Origin: Octopus sinensis
Taxonomy: Eukaryota
NCBI RefSeq assembly: GCF_006345805.1
Contig: NC_043017.1
Coordinates: forward strand, 32,116,001-32,180,000
DNA: 64,000 bases
Reading direction: 5' to 3'
The position numbers were made by a program, and so were the translations under genes. This document shows, piece after piece, positions 1 to 11,538 of the stretch. The notes under the pieces were generated by a model, which made no database searches, was not told the DNA's origin, and saw only the letters and a list, made by a program, of their open reading frames with translations. How positions within the stretch are numbered: the first letter of the stretch is position 1; each line of letters opens with the position of its first letter.

Positions 1-40
1 ACATGCACATACCCACACATACCCACACATACCTCCTTCA

Positions 41-310
41 TTGGCACTCTCCTGTCTTTGAAAGAACTTTTTCTTCACCCATTCTCTTCCAGTCATTCAA
101 TATATGACCGCGTGTGTATAGTTGGCGATTCTTTCCTTCCGTTTTCCCTTACGTGGATCTTTCCTTTTCCTATGTTTCTGACGAATAGCCCCGCTCGAAA
201 CATTAAACCCTCCTTCTTTCCTTCTTTCCTGAGCATCCAATAATGCTATACTTGTTCCACGTCCTCGCGTTGTTGTGTTTTCTCTTTGAGTTTTCATGCT
301 TGGATTAACT
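41..310 (+). mobile_element. PLE-derived terminal-repeat-like element, family E (copy 1)
   Basis: About 250 bp homologous to 54930-55180; carries a degenerate hammerhead motif at 174-208; followed by (TA)n. Confidence 0.55.
174..208 (+). ncRNA. degenerate minimal hammerhead ribozyme motif (family E)
   Basis: GUUU-CUGACGA-A-UAGC-CCC-GCUC-GAAAC-AUU-AAAC; stem I GUUU/AAAC; G16.2 mutated to A. Confidence 0.5.
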
Positions 311-326
311 ATATATATATATATCA

Positions 327-690
327 AAAATAAGCAACAAGAATAACTTCGGTAATTTGGTACGATCGTTTCACACTACATCATTTTATTAAATATTGTA
401 AGTATTACAATAGTTTTAAAATGTTGAGCAATCATCAGCCATTAATATTCTTCAGTCAGTTGCTAAACTCTACTACCTCAATGTTCTTAAAATTTAAATC
501 GACATCTTTGTCTATATATCTGCCTTCTCTATAATGTTATCAATTGATATGAAAATTATGTACCTGTACCAAATTACCGAAGTTATTCTTGTTGCTTATT
601 TTGATTATAATCACCCCATGGATTAAAAAGGATAACACCATACAAAATTCTGGTGCATCTAACTTAAGTACCATATTCATTTGAATCTAA
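327..690. mobile_element. inverted-repeat element, family H
   Basis: Perfect 37-bp inverted repeat (327-363 / 566-602); flank 605-680 homologous to 63395-63480. Confidence 0.6.
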
Positions 691-701
691 ATTTTGCTGA
701 A

Positions 702-735
<34 letters not shown>

Positions 736-737
<2 letters not shown>

Positions 738-900
738 AGAGTAAACATAAATGTGAAACAAGGTTGAAAAAAGAGTACTCAAATACCAGGGGTAGAGTAA
801 TATGCCTTATTTAAAAGCAGCAGAAATTCAACAAAACCTGTTACTCGGAGTTACTCTGAGTAACAGGTTTTGTTGAATTGCTGCTGCTTTTAAATAAAGT
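736..900. mobile_element. fold-back element, family F, centre deleted
   Basis: Homologous to 16788-17020 and 31970-32190; arms retained but both CUGAUGA cores lost. Confidence 0.7.
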
Positions 901-1511
901 ATATATATATATATATATATTATACATATAATATGCACATATATATATATAAGTCAAATATAAGGTTAAAGAATTAAGGTTAAGAAAATATATGTTAAAA
1001 ACTGTATTGAAACCTTATCTCAGGTTGTTAATGTGGGCATCTGTATGTCTTTGTAACGATTCAAACATAAGAATGTCTGCAAGTCTGTCTAACTGTTAAA
1101 ATCTCTCAATACAGCGAAACTAAAATGTAAATGTCCCTGTTTCAAACCTTAATGTCTTACATGAGGAGTCTTCTATGCACTGTGCTTTCCATCTGGTGTT
1201 ATTGCATCATTCCACGCCCATGAGGGAGCAGAGCATCTTCAAGATGAAACAATTCTTGTGACAATATGAAAATTCTTTTGTTGGTACATTCTGTCTTCTC
1301 TTTTATCTTCATTATATATATATATATTTGTTTGTATATATATCTATATATTCATATGTATATATATATATATATATACCTCGAACACACAAGTGCAAAC
1401 AAGGGAGTCAGAGAAAGGCAGAATGCCACTTAAATCTGAACACTACTATAGAAATATTCTTTTAAAAAAACTTTTCTTCTAATTTTTCTAAATTTAATTA
1501 TTTAATCGTTA

Positions 1512-1550
1512 CAGTTGAAAAGGTCTCAAAATGACCGAAACCGGTACTGA
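1512..1550 (+). ncRNA. hammerhead-like motif with non-canonical core (family K)
   Basis: CAG-UUGAAAA-GGUC-UCAAAAU-GACC-GAAAC-CG-GUA-CUG; stems I and II and palindromic ACCGGU present; core differs from CUGAAGA at 2 positions. Confidence 0.45.
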
Positions 1551-2039
1551 AATGTTCACTATAAAATTATTTTAGCATTTTCTATTTTTTACTTGTTTTT
1601 TCATATATATATATATATAAGTTTATGTTCAGTGAATGACAGAGATGTGCTCCATATATTTTGCAGAAGATAAGTTTTGCTTATTTTATTAAGACTTAAA
1701 CTAAAAGCTTGCTTGCAACTAGAACTCTGCACCACAACAATGTTCAGGCAAGAAATCCTGGCCAGAAGATTGCAGTGGCATGAAACTCAAGTCATAAGCA
1801 ACACACTCAGTTTCAAAAGAAACTATATGATATTATTTATATATATAAATTTTGCATATTATATGTGTGTGTGTGTATACATTTACACATGTGTATCTTT
1901 GTGTGTATATTCATTTTCACATCATGTGCAGATTGGTAGCTGGGAAGGCTTCTACTACAGAAAATATAGATATTAAATAATGATAATAAATGTATACATA
2001 CACACACATACTCATTTATATATATATGGTGAATTTATT

Positions 2040-2385
2040 CTTGTATATCATAAATGTATATATATATATATATTAAATATATATATAACTATATTTGTAC
2101 GAAAATATATTTGTAGATATATGCATATAAATAATTAAATACACATATATGTATGCATGCATTTAACTATATTTGTGTTTATGTATATATGTATATATGT
2201 ATACGTATGTATGTATATTTATATATGTATATTTATATATGTATGTATATATACATATGTATATATATATATATGTATATATGTAGGTATATATATATAT
2301 ATATATACCAATGCTTGCATGGAAAGCGAACGTTAAACGATGCTGATGATGTATATATGTATGCATATATGTATAAATATATGTA

Positions 2386-2435
<50 letters not shown>

Positions 2436-3155
2436 TTCACAGACACATAGAAATATAATCATATACTTACATAATTTGTATATAAATATATATATTTTTT
2501 TGTGAGAGTGTGGGTGTGCAAACACACGTACATATAGGCAGACGTAATGAGACACACACACATGAAAATATGAAAATATATACACTTATGAAAATATATA
2601 CACTTTCATATACACTTATGAAAATATATACAATGATGATGTTGCTGTCCACAATGCAAGATAAAGTGTTACTGTATATAATGGCATGTAAGTGTTTAAA
2701 TGTGCATGTATATATGTGTGAATGTGTGTAGAAGCAAATACATATGTAATATGTACACATATAAGCAAACACATTAATAAAAGTCTGTAAATATATGAAT
2801 ATAAGTAAACAAAAATATATATATATATACATAAATACATATATATATATATATAATATATATATATATTATATATATATATAATACATATATACATTCA
2901 TATATACATATATATATATATATAATATATATATATATACATACATATATATGTGTGTGTATATATATATATACATACATACATATATATGTATATATAT
3001 ATATACACACACATACATACATAGATATAAATATACACACAAACATACACATGTGTAAATGTATATACACACACACATATATATACACACATACATATAT
3101 ATATATACACATACGTAATACATATATATATATATACCCACACATACATACATAT

Positions 3156-3204
<49 letters not shown>

Positions 3205-3250
3205 GCATACATGCATACATATATGTATGTAGAGAGAGAGAGAGAGAGAG
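2040..3250. repeat. compound (TA)n/(CA)n/(GA)n microsatellite field
   Basis: Directly visible; source of the YIYI/VCVC pseudo-ORFs. Confidence 0.95.
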
Positions 3251-3948
3251 AAAAAGAGTGATGTATACATATAGATCAGGCAGAAAAAAGATGGTGTGTG
3301 AGATAGGAGTAAAGAGTAATAATTGATGGAAGTGAGATGTATGGCATAGCGATTACTCTCTTGATATGGTAATTCTCTGGGCAGAGAGCAAATATTTTTA
3401 GGCGTTTTTCCATTTGTTACATTGTGTGTGTGTGTGTGTGTTCACGTGTTCATGTGTTTACATTGTCATAACTCTGTTTGTCAATGAAGAATTTATTGAG
3501 CTGGTGAAGACTTGCTGGGAAACAATATTAGTCATACGAATGTGTGTTCTGTGTGTGCGTGAAACAACAGAAGTAAAATCTCAGATTACCGAAGCGTTCA
3601 GCAGTGATGTACTCATCCAGGCCCATATCTTTAAGCATTTGGGGATATTGAAATGTGTGTGTATGTGTGTGTGTGTATCTGCACTTTGGATACAATTTGT
3701 GTATAGACACTTCAGCTTCCCTGAAAGAAAATAGCTGTGACATGATAGATGAGAATTATTCTCTCTTCACTATTTTAGGTGTTAACTTGGGAGGCATCAT
3801 TAGAGAGGTTGGGTAGATGCATATACATACATACATGTATACATATTATATATATGAATGTATACAGACACATATACATAAACACACATACATACATACA
3901 TACATACATTCATAAATACATACATACATACATGTATATATATTATAA

Positions 3949-4177
3949 GGCGGCGAGCTGGCAGAAACGTTAGCACACCGGGCAAAATGCTTAGCGGTAT
4001 TGCGTTTGTCATTGCGTTCTGAGTTCAAATTCCGCCGAGGTCGACTTTGCCTTTCATCCTTTCGGGGTTGATAAATTAAGTACCAGTTACGCACTGGGGT
4101 CGATGTAATCGACTTCATCCGTTTGTCTGTCCTTGTTTGTCCTCTCTGTGTTTAGCCCCTTGTGGGTAGTAAAGAAA
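3949..4177 (+). mobile_element. tRNA-derived SINE family B (Meta-domain-like core)
   Basis: A-box-like GCTGGCAGAAACGTTAG, B-box GAGTTCAAATTCC, core GTCGACTTTGCCTTTCATCCTTTCGGGG..GATAAATTAAGTACCAG; multiple copies in window. Confidence 0.8.
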
Positions 4178-4179
4178 CA

Positions 4180-4690
4180 TATATATATATATATATGTAT
4201 ATATATGCATATATGTATATGCATGTATACACACATATACATAAACACATATACATACATACATTCATAAATACATACATATATACATACACACATACAT
4301 ACATATATACATACATACATATATACATACATATATATACATACATACATACATACATACATTATTATGTTATAGCTGCCCCCTCATTATCGAGTATGGC
4401 CATTGCATGAAGCTTAACTGTTACTGGTGCTGTGATCAAATGTCACTTTTTAGCCCAGCTTAAGATCTACAATGTCTTGTACAGAATTGGCAACTAATAC
4501 CTTTACCTGTAAATTGATTAACTAATTCACATACACACATACACACATACATACATACATACATACTTACATACACACACATACATACATACTTACATAC
4601 ACATACACACACATACATACATACATACACACACACATACATACATACATACATACATACATACATACATACATGTGTGCATGTGTCACA
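4180..4690. repeat. (CATA)n/(TA)n microsatellite blocks
   Basis: Directly visible. Confidence 0.9.
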
Positions 4691-4962
4691 AATCGAGAAG
4701 CAAACACGCAGTGTAGAATTAAGGGAGATGTGAATCCCTGAAAAACGGGGCTGCGAGAAAGGAGATACTTGCAATGAATGAAGTGGTAAATGAGGGATAG
4801 ACCCAAACATAAGACATAAATGAGGCGCAGAGGAAGGGGCAAGACAAAGAGAAATGTTAGCACAGGTACAATATATTGTTTATATACTGCTAGGGTATAT
4901 AATAGAATAATATTCGATTTGATAGTAAAAAAAAAATCATGTTTTACTAAAACATACACATA

Positions 4963-5369
4963 GGCGCAGGAGTGGCTATGTGGTAAGTAGCTTGTTTACC
5001 AACCACATGGTTCTGGGTTCAGTCCCACTGCGTGGCATCTTGGGCAAGTGTCTTCTGCTATAGCCTCGAGCCGACCATAGCCTTGTGAGTGGATTTGGTA
5101 GACGAAAACTGAAAGAAGCCCATCGTATATATATATATGCATATATATATGTGTGTTTGTGTGTGTGTGTTTGTCTCCCCAACATCGCTTGACAACCGAT
5201 GCTGGTGTGTTTACGTCCCCGTTACTTAGCGGTTCGGCAAAAGCGACCGATAGAATAAGTACTAGGCTTACAAAAGAATAAGTCCTGGGGTCGAGTTGTT
5301 CGATTAAAGGCGGTGCTCCAGCATGGCCGCAGTCAAATGACTGAAACAAGCAAAAGAGTAAAAGAGTAA
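4963..5369 (+). mobile_element. tRNA-derived SINE family A
   Basis: A-box TGGCT(A/G)TGTGG, B-box GGTTCAGTCCC, internal (TA)n(TG)n, 3' tail (GTAAAAGA)n. Confidence 0.9.
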
Positions 5370-5419
5370 GCGTTTATATATGTATATAGAAAACAATCCT
5401 TGATTCTTCGGTCTACACA

Positions 5420-5560
5420 CTCTCTGTCTTCTCCCCCTCCTTAATTCCTTGTTCTCTTTTTCTCTCTCTTCTCCCCCTCCTTAATTCCTTTGTTCCTCTT
5501 TTTCTTTCTTTTCTCCCCCCCTTCCTTAATTACTTTGCTCCTCTTTTTCTCTCTCTTCTC
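5420..5560. repeat. three ~45-bp pyrimidine-rich tandem units
   Basis: TTCTCCCCCTCCTTAATT(C/A)CTT recurs three times. Confidence 0.7.
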
Positions 5561-6062
5561 TTCTCAAATGACCGCTGGCCGACAAGCCCTTTTGCGTCGG
5601 ACCACGGGCACGGTAACATTGTTCTTTTCGTCTGCCGTAGGGATTCTTCTCAATACGCCAGCTGAATTCAATTCTTCTCAAGTCGAAAGGTGCCTGTTGT
5701 TATATCCTGTTATTATTATTATTTGTTTTTTTTTGTATTTATATTCGTGTAACATCATCCGTTTTTCTGTCCTTGTTTCATATACATTTGATCCTTTTTT
5801 CAAGGAATCTAAAGCTCTTAGCTTAGTTTTTTCTTGGGGCTGGCCAGATTGGAGCAATCTCAAGATTAATCAACCAAAATTGAGAGGATGATCCGGTTCT
5901 AGACAGAAGATTAAAGGCTTCGAATGACCTGTCCATGTTTTTTGTATCGTCTGTTTAGATGTTTTACGTTCTTGTCCCATTTTGTATTTTTTTTTATATA
6001 TAAAGAAAACAAGTTGTATTGTGTGAAATTGAAAAGCAATTAATAGAATCTGTATATCTTTC

Positions 6063-6284
6063 ACTCTTTTACTCTTTTACTCGTTCCAGTCATTTGACTG
6101 TGGCCATGCTGGAGCACCGACTTTAGTCAAGCAAATCGCCCCAGGACTTATTCTTTGTAAGCCTAGTACTTATTCTATCGGTCTCTTTTGCCGAACCGTT
6201 AAGTTACGGGTATGTATATACACCAGCATCAGTTGTCAAGCGATGTTGGGGGAACAAACACAGACACACAAACATATACACACA

Positions 6285-6326
<42 letters not shown>

Positions 6327-6516
6327 GAATATATATATATATATACATATATACGACAGGCTTCTTTCAGTTTCCGTCTACCAAATCCACTCACAAGGCT
6401 TTGGTCGGCCCGAGGCTATAATAGAAGGCACTTGCCCAATCTGCCATGCAGTGGGACTGAAACCGGGACCATGTGGTTCGTAAGCAAGCTACTTACCACA
6501 CAGCCACTCCTACGCC
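6063..6516 (-). mobile_element. SINE family A
   Basis: Full-length reverse copy, head-to-head with 6545-6914. Confidence 0.9.
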
Positions 6517-6544
6517 TATATACAGTAAATTTCTATATTCTATA

Positions 6545-6914
6545 GGTGTAGGAGTGGCTGTGTGGTAAGTAGCTTGCTAACCAACCACATGGTTCTGGGT
6601 TCATTCCCACTGCGTGGCACCTTGGGCAAGTGTCTTCTACTATAGCCTCGGGCCGACCAAAGCCTTGTGAGTGGATTTGGTAGATGGAAACTGAAAGAAG
6701 CCCGTCATATATATGTATATATATATATATGTGCGTGTGTGTGTTTGTGTGTCTGTGTTTGTCCCCCTAGCATTGCTTGACAACCGATGCTGGTGTGTTT
6801 ATGTCCCCGTTACTTAGCGGTTTGGCAAAAGAGACCGATAGAATAAGTACTGGGCTTACAAAAAGAATAAGTCCCGGAGTCAAATGACTGAAACAAGTAA
6901 AAGAGTAAAAGAGT
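6545..6914 (+). mobile_element. SINE family A (short internal deletion near 3' end)
   Basis: Same A/B boxes and tail; lacks the GGTCGATTTGCTCG..CCGCA segment. Confidence 0.9.
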
Positions 6915-6979
6915 ATACTTTTACTATTGTAAAATAACTGTGGTGACCCCATTTTATTTGAAATGCCCAAATCATCATT

Positions 6980-7014
<35 letters not shown>

Positions 7015-7393
7015 TAACGCCCATTTTCCATTAGCTGGACAGTTTGATGAGAGCTGGCTAGCAGGAAAGCTACATTAATATCCAGTCTGATTTGGTTTTG
7101 GTTTTTACAGCTGGATGCCCATCCTGCCACCGACAAACATGTTAAATATTTAATTCCAGACATTGATTGGCACATCTTAACGCTTGCACAATCTCAGCTA
7201 ACAGATGTATTTCCAGGAACATTTAAAAAGGTTTTCTTTTTACTTCTTTTTTGGTGTATTCCGTGCTTTTTGGGAACATCTTTTTCCTTTTTATATATTT
7301 TATGTTCATAATTTACAATCAAAAAGAAGTAACTGGAAGTAAATGAGCTCTGTCAATTGTTAATTAAATCTGCTACCTTGCAGGGATTTCTAA

Positions 7394-7802
7394 ATGAATT
7401 CTATTAAAGAAATTGGTTTTGATGACAATAATGTTTGCATAGCGATAATTCAAAAAGAAATTTCAGTTCAACGAACTAAGAATAAAATTGGAAATTTAAG
7501 CAAGAAAAGAAGAACTAAAGAAGAATTCTGCATTCCTGCACTCATCACTCAAACTTGCATGGAGACAATGTCTCATTCACAATGGCTGTGACCAGTTGCT
7601 TAACAAGACATATATAGGGTGTTTACATTTGCCAGATGCTCAACTACTCACAAGATAACATGCCTCCAGAAAGGATACATGTAATACAGAAGCAACTACA
7701 TATAAGGCAGAGTTTAAATCAGCGATGCTGAGCCATAGCACAAGCCTTTATGCTATATTGGTATGATAGAAGGAACATTTAAGGAAGATTATATAATGAT
7801 TC
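7394..7802 (+). pseudogene. decayed Penelope-like RT C-terminus / GIY-YIG endonuclease relic
   Basis: Frameshifted TCNTEATTYKAE and YIGMIEGTFKE resemble the PLE GIY-YIG motifs YKA and YIG.TE..FK.R; probable continuation NNKIYQ/NWRIVK at 8586-8700. Confidence 0.5.
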
Positions 7803-8585
7803 TGTTGTGTCTGGGGAGAGTCATTTTCTTTTTGTGCCTTATTATTATAACACTATTATAACATTGGTGGAGGCGCAATGGCCCAGTGGTTAGGGCAGAG
7901 GACTCGCAGTCGTAGGATCGCGGTTTCGATTCCCAGACCGGGCATTGTGAGTGTTTATTGAGCGAAAAAACCTAAAGCTCCACGAGGCTCCAGCAGGGGA
8001 TGGTGATGATCCCTGCTGTACTCTTTCACCACAACTTTCTCTCACTCTTACTTCCTGTTTCTGTTGTACCTGTATTCAAAGGGCCGGCCTTGTCACTCTC
8101 TGGGTCACACTGAATATCCCCGAGAACTACGTTAAGGGTACACGTGTCTGTGGAGTGCTCAGCCACTTACATGTTAATTTCACGAGCAGGCTGTTCCGTT
8201 GATTCGGATCAACCGGAACTCTCATCGCCGTAACCGACGGAGTGCTAAAGAAGATTATAACATTATTATAACACTATTATTATTATAACACTATTATAAC
8301 ATTATTATATTTTGTGCCTTATTATTGTAACACATTCACCGGTAAAATTTCCACTTCTTTCTTATTTTATTTTCCTAAAATTTTTGTTGCGCCTTGCAAC
8401 CTTTTCCATAGTCTTGACTCTCTTGAGAAATAAAAAATAAGTGGAAATTTTACCGGTGAGTGTGTTATATTATAAGGCACAAAAAAAAAATGACTCTCCC
8501 CAGACACAATAGAATATGCTTCAACACACGAACTCATATAAAGAATCTCACAAACCAAATCCAAAAGCGAAATATATAATGATTC
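7803..8585. mobile_element. fold-back element family I, interrupted by a SINE
   Basis: Left arm TGTGTCTGGGGAGAGTCATTTT..CACCGGTAAAATTTCCACTT (7803-7860 plus 8311-8360) is inverted to 8436-8510. Confidence 0.6.
7866..8248 (+). mobile_element. tRNA-derived SINE family O (tRNA-Arg-like head)
   Basis: TGGCCCAGTGGTTAGGGCAG A-box, GGTTTCGATTCCC B-box; related reverse copy at 49560-49745. Confidence 0.75.
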
Positions 8586-8721
8586 CTCATTCAAAACTTT
8601 TGAAACTGAAATACAACAAGGCTCCCAAAGTAAACCTGTTATCTAAAAGAAACAACAACAAAATATACCAAACTGGAGAATTGTCAAAAATTCAGATTTT
8701 ATATAAAAGTTATCAACATAA

Positions 8722-9138
8722 GGCACAAGAGTGGCTGTGTGGTAAGTAGCTTGCTTACCAACCACATGGCTTCGGGTTCATTCTCACTGCATGACACCTT
8801 GAGCAAGTGTCTTCTACTATAGCCTCGGGTCGACCAAAGCCTTGTGAGTGGATTTGGTAGACGGAAACTGGAAGAAACCTGTCATATATATATATATGTA
8901 TATGTATGTGTGTATATGTTTGTGTGTCTGTGTTTGTCCCCTCCCCCCACCGTTGCTTGACAACCGACGGTGGTGTGTTTACGTCCCCCGTAACTTAGCG
9001 GTTCGGCAAAAGAGAATGATAGAATAAGTACTAGGCTTACATAGAATAAGTCCCGGGGTCGATTTGCTCGACTAAAAGGCGGTGCTCCAGCATGGCCGCA
9101 GTCAAATGACTGAAACAAGTAAAAGAGTAAAAGAGTAA
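8722..9138 (+). mobile_element. SINE family A
   Basis: Full-length copy. Confidence 0.9.
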
Positions 9139-9327
9139 ATGATTGATGCTGTATGGACTAAATTTGATAAAATTCTCTTCATCCAAAGATATGGTTATTA
9201 CTAAGTCTTAGATGTTTGGTAATAATTTTTCCCACCTTCATCATTTAACCTTTCTTTATTTTTAATTTCTTCAACATTTCACTTTGTGATACCGTCTTTC
9301 CTCTACTCACCTCTCCACTGTTTTCAT

Positions 9328-9548
9328 ACTCTTTACTCTTTTACTTGTTTCAGTCATTTGACTGTGGCCATGCTGGAGCACCGCCTTTAGTCAAGCAAAT
9401 CGACCCCGAGACTTATTCTTTGTAAGCCCAGTACTTATTCTATCAGTCTCTTTTGCCGAACCGCTAAGTGACGGGGACGTAAACACACAGCATCGGTTGT
9501 CAAGCAATGCTAGAGGGACAAACACAGACACACAAACATACACACACA

Positions 9549-9592
<44 letters not shown>

Positions 9593-9757
9593 TACGACAG
9601 GCTTCTTTCAGTTTCCGTCTACCAAATCCATTCACAAGGCATTGGTCAGCCTGGGGCTATAGCAGAAGACACTTGCCCAAGATTCCACGCAGTGGGACTG
9701 AACCCGGAACCATGTGGTTGGTTAGCAAGCTACTTACCACACAGCCACTCCTGCGCC
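9328..9757 (-). mobile_element. SINE family A
   Basis: Full-length reverse copy, tail-to-tail with 8722-9138. Confidence 0.9.
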
Positions 9758-10301
9758 TATACAAAGCTTTTAATTTTCAATACTCACCAAATTCTCGTAA
9801 GTAAATGTCCCTTTTGCATAACTTGCTCTCAAAACTCATTCAAAAATAATGTTTAAAATTTTCAAAATTTTACTATTCACCAAACTTCAAAAGTTTTCCA
9901 TTCTTAAGATTTACAAGAGCATACATATTTTCACTTACACACTTTGATTTTAAGTTTCAGGGATGTCACCTTGCTTCTTATATGATGGCTTCAGCAGGGC
10001 ATTACAAATTTAATGGGTATTTCTTTAAATTTCCTCCTTGAGCATTTGGCCTGTTTTTCTGGGGTGGGGGAGAGAACGGATATCATCATCATCATCATCA
10101 TCATTTAACGTCCATTGCCCATGCTGGCATGGGTTGGATGGTTTGACCAGGGCTTGTAAGCTGAGGGACTGCACCAAACTCCAATCTCATTTAGCATGGT
10201 CTTTAAGGGTGGATGCCCTTCCTAACCCAAATACACTTGTGTATGTGTGTGTGTGTGAGTATGTGTGTGTGTGTGAGTAGTGTGTGTGTGTGAGTATGTG
10301 T

Positions 10302-10346
<45 letters not shown>

Positions 10347-10355
10347 CATATATAA

Positions 10356-10581
10356 GGCGAGCTGGCAGAAACGTTAGCGCACTGGGCGAAATGCTTAGCG
10401 GAATTTCGTCTGTTGTTACGTTCTGAGTTCAAATTCCTCCAAGGTCGACTTTGCTTTTCATCCTTTTGGGGTCGATAAATAAAGTACCAGTTACACACTG
10501 GGGTCGATGTAATCAACTTAATCCCTTTGACTTTCCTTGTTTGTCCCATCTATGTTTAGCCCCTTGTGGGTAGTGAAGAAA
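10356..10581 (+). mobile_element. SINE family B
   Basis: Homologous to 3949-4177. Confidence 0.85.
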
Positions 10582-10958
10582 TATATATATATATATATAT
10601 ATATGTATATTTTTGGATGACTTTCGGTTAAAATCGGCGGTTTGTTTTGGCTGTCGATAGGACTGCGATTGCGCAGAGAAATTTTGAAAAGTTACTTCAT
10701 GTAGTCAGCAGGCAGATAGCGGTTCCCTGTCTTCTGTCTTACATGTTTTAACCCCAGGTTGGCCCTCATTGAAGAAGATCAGACTTTGTGAGTTCCTATG
10801 ACTCGCTAAAAGAAGATCAGAAACCAATATTGGTCCGGAGTAATAAATGGTAAATATTTTTGATTTTCAAATTTTTGTTCCTGTCGAATCTTATCCATTA
10901 TTTTTGTGGCTCTCTAATGCGCTGAATCTTCGCCCTAGGTGTAGATTCCTTATGTGTA

Positions 10959-10996
<38 letters not shown>

Positions 10997-11538
10997 GTAT
11001 GAATTTTTCATATTAGTATTAAAACTATAGCTTAAATTAAATTTGTGCCCTTTAAGTAATCTTCTGTTCAATTATCTTCTGGTAATTGAATTGGTATTGA
11101 ACACTTTGAACAATCACCTAATACTCATGTTTTCACCATTTATTAAAAATATATGCAATACAGACTTGGTGACATGCAACTAGCTCCTGTCAGTCAACAT
11201 TGAATAAAGCATACAAGAAATTATGTCTCAAGACCTACAACATTATTAAGAAGGATGCAAAATAGCTAAAACTAGAAGACAGCTTAGATTGTTTCGTCAG
11301 GTAATCTCTTTATATTCCTCCTAGTGTTCATAAAGTTGACTTCTGACTGCTCATCAAATATCTATGAATAAACTTTATATGGGTTTAATTACAAAAGAAA
11401 TTACTCAACTTTATTCATCTCGAAATTAAAAATGTAGTAAGGTTAGTTGAAAGAAATTGTATTCCACGATAATCCAGAGCTTAAAATACAGCAGATTCTT
11501 GCAATTCGACATGTCAGAATATTAACCGCATATATATA

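Noticed and set aside
2153-4810. Numerous YIYI/VCVC/HTHT ORFs (also 17.7-20 kb, 44-45 kb, 51.5-52 kb, 55.8-56.1 kb, 63 kb)
   Set aside because: Dinucleotide and tetranucleotide microsatellite artefacts.
4976-5349. Recurrent ORFs such as MFQSFDCGHAGAPP.. and RQASFSFRLPNPLTR..
   Set aside because: Translations of SINE A copies, not a gene family.
7866-7945. tRNA gene
   Set aside because: A and B boxes are present but it continues into a SINE body without a proper acceptor stem; the same applies to the SINE A and B heads.
8374-8411. Possible hammerhead relic in family I (GUUGC/GCAAC stem, AAAAUUUUA)
   Set aside because: Both core segments are mutated in this copy.
10765-10840. Hammerhead-like UUGAAGA..GAAAC-CAAUAUUG-GUC
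   Set aside because: Stem I does not pair and stem II is interrupted; at most a PLE relic.
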